64,000 nucleotides of DNA, taken from assembly GCA_023213395.1 (NCBI GenBank), contig CM041465.1, positions 77,321,741-77,385,740 on the forward strand, in the 5' to 3' direction. The notes under the pieces are model-generated. The model did not search any database. It worked only from the letters and a program-made list of their open reading frames with translations, and was not told the DNA's origin. Position 1 is the first letter of the stretch, and each line of letters begins with the position of its first letter. The DNA comes from Cycas panzhihuaensis (taxonomy: Eukaryota; Plantae; Cycadophyta). This document shows positions 52,796 to 64,000 of this stretch, in pieces. The position numbers and the translations under genes are program-made.

Positions 52796-53059
52796 GTTGA
52801 TGGAGCCAGAGGAGCAGAGCAGGACATCATAACGCTTTCATCTTGAGTACAACGGCAATTTCTAATAGAGTGGCAGTGTTAATAAACACCAGGGAGGTAT
52901 TCCCAACCCTTAAATAGAGAATTCAGGGAGGCGTCGGGCGCCATCACCCTAGCTGCACAATAATTAAGGTTAGTTTAAAAAATATTAAAAATAAATAACG
53001 GTGATACGTACCTCAAATAAGTGGTCGGTCCGGGCGGCTATTAAACGGCTCAAGGTGCC

Positions 53060-56000
53060 CTAGGGGCCCTCAAAGGTGGCTTTGAGGGGCCCTAAGCGCT
53101 CTGGTGCACATACATTGGGATTATTCCCAACATTCTCCCCCATAAGCCCAATGTGTATGACTCCTAAATCATCTCTGAATTTTTCAAATTTGATTTTCCC
53201 CAAGGCCTTTGTAAAAATATATGTTGTTTGATCTTCAGCGCTACAATAAGTCAACTCTATCTCATCTACTTGTACAAGTTCCCGAATGAAGTGGTATTGA
53301 GTTTCAATATGCTTTGTTCGTAGGTGGAATCTTTGGATTTTGGTCATTTGAATAGCGCCGATTATCACACCAAATTTTAGTGGGACCTTCTTGCTTAATT
53401 TGAAAATCTGTAAGAGTCTTCTTAACGATTGATTCACGTGCTCCTAACATCGCAGCTTTATATTCTCGCTCATTGTGGATAAGGAAACGGTATTTTGTTT
53501 CTTTGTACTCCAAGCTACTACTGCTGATCCCATACTAAATACATAACCAGAGGTAGATTTTCTATCATCAACATCACCAGCCCAATCTGAATCTGTATAA
53601 CCAGTTAACTAAAACTCGGATGTAGGTTTGTAGTATAATCCAAAGTCTGAATTCCCTTTAAGGTATCTGAGGATTCTTTTAGCGACTTGCTGAGATGTCT
53701 TTGATCTGATAAATCTAGATACAACACTTACTAATATGTTATATCGTCGAGTAGAGGTTAAATAAAGTAGGCTACCAATCAGTTGTCTATAGTGAGTGGG
53801 ATCAACTGAAGTTGAGTCATCTGTATTAGAGAGTTTAATTCTAATTTCTGCTAGTATTGACAATGGTTTACAGTTTGTCATATTAAATCTTTGTAGAAGG
53901 TCTAATATATATTTACGTTGAGAGATAAATATTCCTTATTTATCTTGCCACACTTCCAATCCTAGGAAGTAGTGCATAAGACCTAAGTCTGTCATTTCAA
54001 ATTCCTTACACATAGCTTCTTTAAATTGACTTAAAAGTTGGAAAGTCGTCTACATAAAGTCCTACGATCAATATCGAATTTCCTTTAATTTTAGTGTATA
54101 GGTTTGGATCTGCTTGAGATCTTTCAAACCCTTGATCTTTAAGATATGTGTCTATATGGGAATACCAAGCCCTAGGTGCTTGTTTTAGACCATATAATGC
54201 TTTGTTTAACTTGTACACTTTGTTTTCTTTCCCCCTGACTTCAAAACCGAGGGGTTGAGAGATATAGATATCTTCTTGGATATAACCATTTAAGAAAGCA
54301 CTTTTTACGTCCATTTGATAAACAGGCCAACCTATTTGAGCAGCTAAACTTATTATCATGCGAACTGATTCCATCCTAGCAACTGGGGAAAATGTTTCAG
54401 TATAGTCCATGCCTTCTCTTTCGGCATATCCTTTTGCAACTAAACGAGCTTTATATTTATCAATTGATCCATTAGAGTGGAACTTAGTCTTATAGACCCA
54501 TTTGGTTCCAATGGGTTTCTTCCTTGGTGGTAAGTCTACAAGTTCCCAAGTATCATTGTTAGCGCCAGATTTATATTCCTCTTGCATGGCTTTTGCGACT
54601 CATATTGATTAGCCTCATCAAAAGTTTGAGGCTCATGACTTTCAAGTAACTTACTCATTAGAGCAAAGTTAACTTTGTGTGAACGTGTAGATCTTCGATT
54701 GGTATCTAATATATTTCCTAAGTCATGGTTGCGTTGAACTCATTTGGGTAGTGGTTGTGATGGTGGTTGAGATGATGTTGTTTTCCTAATAGTTTTCAGA
54801 GAGTTTCTCCACATAGGAGGCACATATTTAGATGTATTTGATGCATTAAACTTAATGGTAATGTCCTTCTGTTGTTCGGGATTATTTTGATAGTAGGTGT
54901 CTTCTTAAAATTTGACATCTCTACTCAGTATAACTTTTCAGGATTTGGGATCATAAACTTTGTAAGATTTTGATGATTCACTATATCCAATAAAGATACA
55001 TTTTACACTATGATCATCTAATTTGGTTCTTCTTTGGTCAGGGACGTGGGCATAGGCTAAACAGCCAAATACCTTAAGGTGACGGATACTAGGTTTATAA
55101 CCTGTCCATGCTTCTTCTGGTGTCTTCCACCTAACTACTTTTGTGGAACATCGATTAAGTAAGTAGATGGTATGGACCCAAAATTCATGGCCTAAGTTTT
55201 TATCTTTAAGCATATAACGTGCCATTTCTACGATAGTTCTGTTTTTCCTTTCAACTACACCATTTTGTTGTGGGGTGTAGGGGTTGGTATGTTGTCGCCT
55301 AATCCCATGTTGGATACAGTAATCTTTGAAGATATTAGAGGTAAATTCTCCCCCATTATCTGATCTTAAGGAGAGGATATGATATCCACTTTGTCGCTCA
55401 ACGAAGGTTTTGAAGTCAACAAAGTGGTCGAAAGCATCAGATTTGTATTTGAGAAAGAATACTCAAGTCTTTCTTGTAAAGTCATCGATAAATGTAAGGA
55501 AATATTTGGCATCTGCTATGAGGAGTGGCCATTGGGCCACAAATATCGTATACGAGTTGAAGAGGCGGATGTCCGATGGCTAAAGTCCGGAAAACTTTCT
55601 ATGATGTTTTCCAAGAAGGCATCCTCACACAACTCTTTATTAACATCAATAGGGCAAGCCATTAACCATATCTAATCTTTTCATAAGGGCTAAATCGGTA
55701 TAATTAAGGTGACCGAAACGTCGATGCCATAGGTCACTATCCATAGTAGTTGTGGTTCTAAGGGCATATGTATCTGAGGGGGTGATAGTAAGTTTAAATA
55801 AACGATCTTTAGTCATGATACCCCTAGCAATAATAACTTCATTTTGTCGTTTGTCTTTGATGACACATTCGTCGTTGTCAAAAATTATTTTATAATCTTG
55901 TCCCATCATCTATCCTACCAATAGTAAGTTTTTCCTTAAAGCAGGGACGTATAGAACATCATTTAAATATTTATATTCACCACTATCAGTCAATAAGGCA

Positions 56001-57283
56001 ATGTTACCTTTTTCAATCGATTGGTGAGAAGTGTTGTCTCCAAACATAATAGACCCTTTCTTATTTGTATACAAAGTTTGAAATAATTATTCTTTATGGG
56101 TCATGTGGGTGGAACAACCAGAATCAATGTACCAACTATCGTCATCTTCTTCTAGGGCTGAAAAACTAGATAGAAATAACCTATTGTTGATTTTAGATTC
56201 TGATGTATTTGACACATGTCCTCTAGAGGGTGGTCCATGTTTTGAAAAACACTTATCTTCAGTGTGACCATTTCTACGACAATAAGTGTAATATAGTTGA
56301 TCTCTTTTTCCATAACTAAGATTTTGATTCCTTGGTGGAGAGCGATCAAAGTTGAAAGGTCTCACCTTTTCCTCATAGAATTGAGTATGATTATTTCTTG
56401 GTTGGTCACGATAGTTTTGAGGTGTTCTAGAAGGTTGTGGGTTCCCATGATAATGTGGACAACAAGAATGATTATCAACTTATCTTCGTTGGTTTTGAGT
56501 GTTTGAATGTCTTGGAGAGTTTTCATGTTGTGGGGGTCGTCCTTGTCTATTATGAGGAGCTTGGTATCGTGAAGGATTTTGTCTAGGTTCATTTCTAGGG
56601 TTTTCATCTTTTCTCCTTAAAGGAGATGCGTTTTGTTTTGAGGTACCATCTTGAGGGTTAGGTTGAATGCTGGCCTTTGTAGCAAAGGCATGTTCTAAAG
56701 TTTCATTGGTAGCTTGTTGCTCTTCTATAGACATGAGCATAGCAGTAAGTTGTTCTATTTTGAGGGTACTTAGGTCCTTAGATACACTAATACTAGTAGC
56801 TACCATTTCAAAGCGTCTAATGGCTCCTACACATCGAAGGATTCATTCAACTACTCTTTGTTCGGTTAAGGTATCCCCAAGGGACTTCATTTGGTTAACT
56901 ATATCTTGAATCTTGGTCATAAATTCAGTTATTGATTCATGAGGCATCATACATAAATTTTTAAACTTACTTCTTAAGTTTTGTAATTTAGAGGACGCTA
57001 CTTCTTATATAAGTCAGAAAGTATCCCAAGCCTCTTTGGACTTAATGGATTCACTAACTCGTGGGAAAACATTATCTTCCAATACGCAAAAAATAAGAGC
57101 TAATGCTTCATTATCTTTTTTGACATTTTCTTTGTATATAGCTTTTTCAGTATCAGTTGGATTTGATCCTAAGTCATTGTAACCGGTTTTTACTATATCC
57201 CACATTTCATTTGCTATGAGGATGGGCCTCATCCTCCTACTCCAGTTAAGAAAATTATTTCCATCAAATTTAGGAATAATCAT
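53060..57283 (-). pseudogene. Copia C gag-pol (DUF4219/UBN2 - CCHC - PR - GAG-pre-INT - INT - RT - RNase H) with several stops and frameshifts
   Basis: ORF-track fragments: MIIPKFDGNNF; WYIDSGCSTHMT; LWHRRFGHLN; KARLVAKGY; QMDVKSAFLNG; LYGLKQAPRAW; LYVDD; RTKHIE. The last frame runs through the PPT into the 3' LTR. Confidence 0.96.
53061..53094. other. LTR hairpin (15-bp stem, 1 mismatch, 4-nt loop), present in all four C/D LTRs
   Basis: TAGGGGCCCTCAAAG-GTGG-CTTTGAGGGGCCCTA; also at 60943-60976, ~48423-48456 and ~61599-61632. Confidence 0.85.
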
Positions 57284-57479
57284 ATTCCCAAAATTAGACG
57301 TCCTTTTAAATTAAGGTTGTATAAAATGTGATAAATGCAATAGCAAAATATTTGAATGTAGAAAATTTGAAAGAACTTAAATGAAAGAAATTATTTCTAA
57401 ATATATATCCTAAGGTTTTTAAAAGTTTGAACAAATGAACTAGGACCTAGAAAGGCTACTAGGCTCTAAGTTTATGTTT

Positions 57480-57870
57480 CTTCCGGGCAACCTTCTTTGC
57501 TATTACATCGATGGCGCCTGCCCACAGATGGCAAAACAGGGACCCTTTATACCGGTACGGAGTGCAAGGCTCTATATACTTCAGTACGTGTCGCTAAGAA
57601 GGCTTTGACACCCCCGAATTGTTGGTCCACTGCGCGGATTTATGCCTAACGACGGATCTAGCGGTGAAGGTTCTCGAACCAAGGCACTCACCCTCCGTGT
57701 CTAGCCTTGGTCTCCAAACACCATAAAATGAAAAGGTTACGACCTCACCGCCACCGTATACACTTGATAGCTAATGGCTGTCCTCATCCAATATGAGTAG
57801 GCTGATTAGCATGTGCGGGGTGGTAACTTCAGGGGTCCTAACTGTTCCCCTTGCAAGGCTGGAAAAAAGT
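57480..57870. other. GC-rich multi-hairpin island in the copia C leader (candidate structured RNA element)
   Basis: Stems CCAAGGC/GCCTTGG, GCTAAT/ATTAGC enclosing CTCAT/ATGAG, GGTTAC/GTAACT, GTACGGAGT/ACTTCAGTAC and AGGGG/CCCCT. Confidence 0.5.
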
Positions 57871-58469
57871 ATGGTTCAATTCAGGATTATCTTATTTAAT
57901 GTGAAAACTAATATATTTAACAATGTGGTCTTACTTAGAAAAAGAAAATTTCTTTTGATAACAGAAAAAAATGCTCTAAGCAAGATGAAATGAAAACTTT
58001 TACAAAAAAAACTCTTTTACTTTTTTCAAAAAAAATATAATGTCATTCAAACAAATGTAATATGCCTTTGAAAAAAATGTAATTTTCTTTTTATAAGTGC
58101 AAGAAAGATGATATTTTTCAACAACTTTGATACAAAAGTATAATGATCAATAAGAAAGTAATGATGCGTTGAAAACGACCTTAAAAAATTTTTTCACTTA
58201 TGCAAGACTTGAAATAAACTTTTGAGAATAAATAGTTTTCAAAATGTGCTAATTCCTCAAATAAGTAATGTAAAACTTTAATATAAAAAAATCCTTTTTA
58301 TATAAGAACAACTTTTATATATTGCCTTATAAACAAATGCTTATTCAAAATAATGTAAAGTGCTTGTAGAAAGATCAAGCAGAAACTTGAGTAAACAAGG
58401 AAATATGAACTAGAATTTTCTTTACAATTTTTGAAAGAAGACAAGCCTGTTAGGATGTATATATATGCT

Positions 58470-59360
58470 TAACTTTAATAGATTGAAAACTATATTGAAT
58501 AAGGTCAGAATAGCTTAAAATTTTATCAATATGTAGATTGCTGAGATGTGAATCCAATAAAACAAACGGTTTTGAAAATGGATACCAATAAATCACGTTT
58601 TGAATAATGCAAAGATATGAACCTCCTTGTGGAGTCTAACAGGAGCAGAGTAGGCAAAAATTGCATAAAATGACCAATTAATCTTTAGAAAAAGTTGAAC
58701 AAAAGATCAACTATTATTTATAAAGTAATCAATGTTCTTCCACTTGAAAATTTTGAAAAATATATTAAAAAGAGATGTAAAAACAGTAGATTTAGGCCAA
58801 TATGATACCTCAACTTTGATTGATTTGAAATATAAGAAAAATATATCAAAATATATAGAAAAATATGTCAAACTGAAGAAAAATGTGTCAGCTTCCCAAC
58901 GAAGTTGACGGAATTGAAATCTGATAAAAAATATAAAAGTTATAGTAAAAAACGTAACAAGTGTCTTTATGAAGAATGTTCAAGAAATAGGCAAAAACAA
59001 CTAAATTTCTTATTTTAGCAATTAAAATATTAGTGAAGATGAACTCAAAAAATTAAAGTAGAAAATGGGTATTAGAGTCTGTACAATTTAGATTGCTATA
59101 GAGAAAATTTGGGCACAAAACAGTTTACCAGAAATAAATGACAGCCAGTTCTAAAACTGATTTTGTTAAAAAATGTAAAAATTGCTGAAATTTTGAAAGT
59201 CAAATTGGCACCAAATTGGTCTTATGACCAGTCGAAATCAGTGTACAAAAAATTTCTGATCTATTGGTGCAGGTTTCGTCTAAAACCGATGAGCCAGAGA
59301 GAAGTTATGGCCACAAAAGCGCCAATAACTCTATCAAAAGATAAAATTTTAAAAAAATAA
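58470..59360 (-). other. Shared AT-rich leader module (copia C copy)
   Basis: Colinear with 1-560 and with 35690-35849+38700-39420. Confidence 0.85.
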
Positions 59361-59544
59361 AGTTTAAAATTGAAGAAACACTTGTTAAAAAAAATGTCTG
59401 AAGATGGACTGAGCTGGGATTGAATCCAAGACCAGTCAGATAACAGAAACCTTTGATGCCAGGAGGGTGAACTCGCTCGTCGAGTTTTAAAACAAGAATG
59501 AGTTTAAAAAGCCAAAACAGAAGCGAGCAACGAAAAGTTAAAAA

Positions 59545-59930
59545 CTAGCACAATAATGAAGGGTGATTAAATGAATACAATCAACACAATAGCAATATAA
59601 TCAACGCAATACAAACCGAATATAATCAACGCATATGAATAGTGCACAAAGGCGATTTAATGAGAAGGTGATTTAATCAAGGATTTAATGGACGAATAAA
59701 TCAACGATTTTAGGGCGAATATACAGCGATTTAATGGGCGAATAAAATCAAAGTGACGAAATATGATGTAATAAATGAGTGAGGCGATTGCGAATTAAAT
59801 CAACGCAAGTAAATAAGGCGATTAAAAGGAGGCGATTCACAATGAAGGGTGGCAACACAATAACGCTACAATGAATATCATCAACACAATAACGCAAATA
59901 GCGATACAACAATAATGATCAACTGCAAAT
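59545..59930. repeat. Short-motif array (GGCGATT / AATCAAC / GGCGAAT) in the copia C leader
   Basis: Many interleaved copies with no fixed period. Confidence 0.8.
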
Positions 59931-61076
59931 ACATCGTACGGAACGGAGAATTAATGAGAAAACAATGAACTCAAATGAAATGGAGGACGCAGCAGATGGA
60001 GCGCAGACATCGCAGACGAAAAGCGTGCTCAAACGGATGCGGGCGTAGAGTCAAACGGAACGGACGATATGCTGAGGATAGATAGACGAGACGGAGATAT
60101 GGCTCACGAGGATGCCTCATGGGTGAGAGTATAGGCAGAAACAGAGACACACAAAGAGGACGCACTTAGGGCAAGGAATATGCATGTAAAAATAGGCACA
60201 AACAGGAATATGCAAAAAAAGCAGAAATGCGCAGTCACAGAGATAATACGGAGGTTAAGAGAGATAACAGTAGAGACGGTTAAACGAAGGTAGGTAGCAA
60301 GCAAACTGAGAGTTGTTCAGTATAAATGCAGAGAATGCATAGGACAAAAGAGAAAGGCTATATGTATGGATAGATCAAACCAGTACAGAGAATCGCAAAC
60401 CACAAATTTATCAAGCTAAAGCATATATAAAAAAAATTCATTTATTTATATATTGAAAATATAAAAACGAAAACGAAGAACCTGGTTTCCGTATGGAGAG
60501 CAAACTTCTGAGCGGGAGAACTTCCTCCACAGTGAATGAAATCCAGATCCGTCTTCTCCAGCAGATAGATGAGCTCGCCAGAATCTCAACGAGTAGTCAT
60601 ATAGATACGTTTCGCCAGACGTTTGAGCAACTAAAACTAGAAAATAGACAATAGCATCATCGTGGCTCTGATACCAAATGATGGAGCCGGAGGAGCATAG
60701 CAGGACATCATAACGCTTTCATCTTGAGTACAATGGTAATTTCCAATAGAGTGGCGGTGTTAATAAACACCAGGGAGGTATTCCCAACCCTTAAATAGAG
60801 AATTCAGGGAGGCGTCGGGCGCCATCACCCTAGCTGCACAACAATTAAGGTTAGTTTGAAAAAATATTAAAAATAAATAACGGTGATACGTACCTCAAAT
60901 GAGTGGTCGGTCCGGGCGGTTATTGAACGACTCAAGGTGCCCTAGGGGCCCTCAAAGGTGGCTTTGAGGGGCCCTAAGTGCTCTGGTGCACATACATTGG
61001 GATTATTCCCAACACATGTTCCCAAAGTTAAACGTCATCTTAAACTAAGGTTTTGTTGATCAAAGATGACAAATAA

Positions 61077-61079
<3 letters not shown>

Positions 61080-61108
<29 letters not shown>
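61080..61108. repeat. (TA)n microsatellite in the copia D leader
   Basis: Seen directly. Confidence 0.95.
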
Positions 61109-61114
<6 letters not shown>

Positions 61115-64000
61115 CAAAAAACCTAGTAATGCAGTTATTATTACTTTGTAGAATGATGATTTCAGAGAGTGAGATCTTCTTCCACATAAAGTGAAACTTC
61201 AAACTGATTTCTCGAGTAGATAGATGTGCTTGTCAGGAATGCAACAAGTAGCTATATGCAACACTGTCACCAAATGTATGAAGAGCTAGATTAACATAAA
61301 CAGTTATTAACTAATCCTTTAGGTTCTTATACTAAATGATGGATTCATAGGAGTAGAGTGGGACATCAGATTGTGCACGTCTTATATTAACCAGTGATTT
61401 TTAAAGTTGGTAGTGTTAAAAAACACTAGGGAGGTATTTCCACCCCTTAAATAGGATTTTAGGGAGGCAACAAATACTATCACCTGACCTGTATGTTAGT
61501 CGATAAATATTTAAATAATAATAATAATAATAAATAATGCACGTACCTTAATAATATTACATTGACTCTAGGTGGCTATTGGGAGGCTCTAGGTGCCCTA
61601 GGAGGCCTCAAAGGTGGCTTTGAGGGGCTCTAGGTGCATAATTCTTCAGTAGCATTAGGGTTAATCTCAACACTTATATTTAATTTTGTTCTCACTAATT
61701 TGAATAGATCTTGTTAAAAATGGCTTGTGAACTTTGAATCCTAATTGTTAATTATAATTTTAGTAAGTCCATGTAAATGATGTATCTCCTTTATATGTAT
61801 CTTTACTATTTGATTTGGTTTAGTCATTGATTGTGTGCCCCTAAATGTACATATTTAGTTAATCTATTTACAATTATAAAGATAGCATCTTTCTCTTTAG
61901 ACTGTGGGAGTCTCGTGATAAAGTCCATTGAGATTTCTTTCTACTTTTAATATGGAATAGGTAATAGTTGAAGTAATCCTAGACTCTTTACGTATTCATT
62001 ATTGTTTCATTGGCATGAATCATATTTAGAGACATAGTTAAGGGCATCTATTTTTATTCCCTTCTAATAAAAAGAGTTTTGTATCTTCTAGTATGTTTTA
62101 TCTATTCTTGTATGTTCTATTATTGGCACCGAGTGAGATTCTTCTAATATGGACCTCTTTACTTTAGAGTCCATCGAGATAAATATCTTCCCCTTTCTCA
62201 GAATTAATTCTCCTTGTAATTTAAACTTGGAAGGCTTCTAGTCCTTAATTCCTTCTAATATCTTCTATGAAAGTGGATCACTCTTATATTCCTTAATCAA
62301 CTCTTGATTCTAACGGGGTATGGCTATTAATATTATTTTTAATAATTTTTTTTCATTGTTGTCCCTAGGTAGTCTTGAGAGGACATTTACAATGATATTT
62401 TCTTTACCCTTCTTATATACTATACTAAAATTAAATGTTTATTGACCCATTTTTGTTGTTTGTCTAATAGAGTCTTCTAGTTTAAGAAATATTTGAGACT
62501 ATCATGATCTATCTGAACTATAAACTTATTCCCTAATAAGTAATACCTTCATTGGTGTATTGCATGTATGATTGCCAATATTTCTTTGTCATAAATAGGT
62601 TTGAGCTTTTCCCTATTATTTAACTTTCTCCTTTCATAAGTAATAGGTCATTTATTTTGAATTAGTATTTTCCTATTTTAAATCCTAAAGCATCGCATTC
62701 TAAAATGAATGGTTGTGAAAAATTTGGTGTTATTAGAACTAGAGTTATGACTATTACTTTCTTAAGTTCTTTGAAGGTACATCTTGCTTGTGGATTCCAT
62801 ACAATAGCATCTATTTTTGTAAGGTCCATTAATGAGGATGCAATGTGAGTATATCCTTTTATAAAATTTTGAAGAAATCCTGTTACTCTTAGGAAACTCC
62901 TTACTCCTGATGCAGTTTTTGGTACTGGCCAATTAATAATGACTTAAAATCTTTTTTGGATCTATTTTTATCCCTTCTTTTGTGATAATATGGCTTAAAT
63001 ATTCCATCTCTTCTTTTTCAAATGTGTATTTCTTTTGATTTGTATAGAATTGATTAGACTACAAGATTAATAGTACTGCTCTGATATTGTCTAGATGTTC
63101 TTCCCATATTTTACTATAGATCATAATGTCATCGAAGAAGACTAGTACAAATTTCTACAAAAGTGGTTTGAGAATTGAATTCATAGTGCTCTAAAAAGTT
63201 GTTGGGGTATTCATCAATGCAAACGACATGATTTTAAACTCAAAGAGTCCCTCATACATGCAAAAAGCTATTTTGTATATATCTTCCTCTCTGATATGAA
63301 TATGATAACACCTTAATCGTAAGTCAATTTTTGAGAAATATCGTGTTCCATATATTTCATCTAATAAATCATCTATTTTTGGGATAGGATAATAGTTCTT
63401 TACTATTAATTTATTTAGCCCTCGATAATCTACAGACATTCTATATGATCCATCTTTTTTTGAATTGATCACAACTGGTGATACAAATAGGTTTGAACTC
63501 ATTGTAATGTATCCTTGACTTAATAATTCCCTTGTGATATTTTTAATTTCTCTTTTTAGATGATGTGGGTGCCTATATAGTTAGATATTTATTAGAGTTT
63601 CTCCTAGTACTAGCTCAATGGAGTGTTGATAATCCTCTTATAGGGGAGGTCCTTGGGGTTCTTCAAATATCGCTGTATACTCTTTTATGATCTTTTGTAC
63701 CTCTATTAATATATCTTCTATTGCTATCTTATAACAAGTCAATATGTATATCAATGGATTCTTCTTCAATATTTTTTCTATATGATGCAAAGATACTAGT
63801 TGTATTGGAGGTGTGAGTGGTGCTTGTAATCTACATTTATGCCCTTTTTGACAGAAACACATAAATTGGGTCATATAGTTGGTAATTATATTACCCAAGG
63901 TTTGTAACCACTAAATTCTCAAGATTGTATTTACTCCTCCTATAGGCATTGCAAACATACATATATATTTATTGAATAGTCTTTGATTTGGAGATTCACC

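Larger units (their letters stand above)
52798..61014 (-). mobile_element. Copia C: youngest LTR element, Ivana-like Ty1/copia with a 3.4-kb leader
   Basis: LTRs 52798-53132 and 60679-61014 (~12 substitutions + 1 indel, ~96%); perfect TSD CATGT (52793-52797 / 61015-61019); PBS TGGTATCAGAGCC on minus at 60664-60676; PPT 53133-53146. Confidence 0.98.
48153..61672 (-). mobile_element. Copia D: older Ivana-like Ty1/copia, host of copia C
   Basis: LTRs 48153-48496 and 61337-61672 (~85%, nearly all transitions); TSD CTCAT/CTTAT; degraded PBS ~61322-61334; PPT after 48496. Confidence 0.93.
47031..64000 (-). mobile_element. Reina-like chromovirus (Ty3/gypsy); its integrase is split by copia D; runs off the right edge
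   Basis: 3' LTR 47031-47358 (TGTTACA...CCCTACA on minus) after PPT AGGGAGGGA; chromodomain EYLIK*..DDAT*E ~47420-47485; INT RDSKFTSHF..KLNI | MSMAYHPQSDG; RT ORF 63191-63502 (KKDGSYRMSVDYRGLNK); VLVFFDDI. Confidence 0.9.

Noticed and set aside
59971-60304. Minus-strand ORFs in the copia C leader as an accessory gene
   Set aside because: Short, low-complexity and without a recognisable domain; cannot be supported.

Overview
This is eukaryotic plant DNA, almost all of it retrotransposon. No intact host gene, RNA gene or CRISPR array is visible. The AT-rich, transition-decayed elements fit a large, heavily methylated genome such as a gymnosperm or fern, but that is inference. Left to right: (1) an AT-rich Ty1/copia leader fragment (1-~590); (2) a decayed non-chromovirus (Athila/Tat-like) Ty3/gypsy with four Gag zinc knuckles, an extra 3' ORF and one LTR (~1000-9099); (3) a (TA)n tract; (4) a full-length decayed L1 LINE with a C-terminal RNase H (~10058-16367); (5) old unresolved relics; (6) a pol-less copia derivative (22253-26942, TSD TATTT); (7) a CRM-like chromovirus (minus strand, ~29100-47030) hosting two four-level nests: CRM > copia A > copia B > 5'-truncated L1, and CRM > Reina-like gypsy > copia D > young copia C. 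The most interesting signals all concern the copia elements. Three non-autonomous elements with different LTRs lose canonical Gag at the same helix. Copia B carries an antisense, intronless host RRM-gene fragment behind a G-box-containing GC island. An ~0.6-0.9 kb non-coding leader module is shared by elements with unrelated LTRs. The young copia C leader holds a ~390 bp multi-hairpin island and a short-motif array. All identities were estimated by eye.
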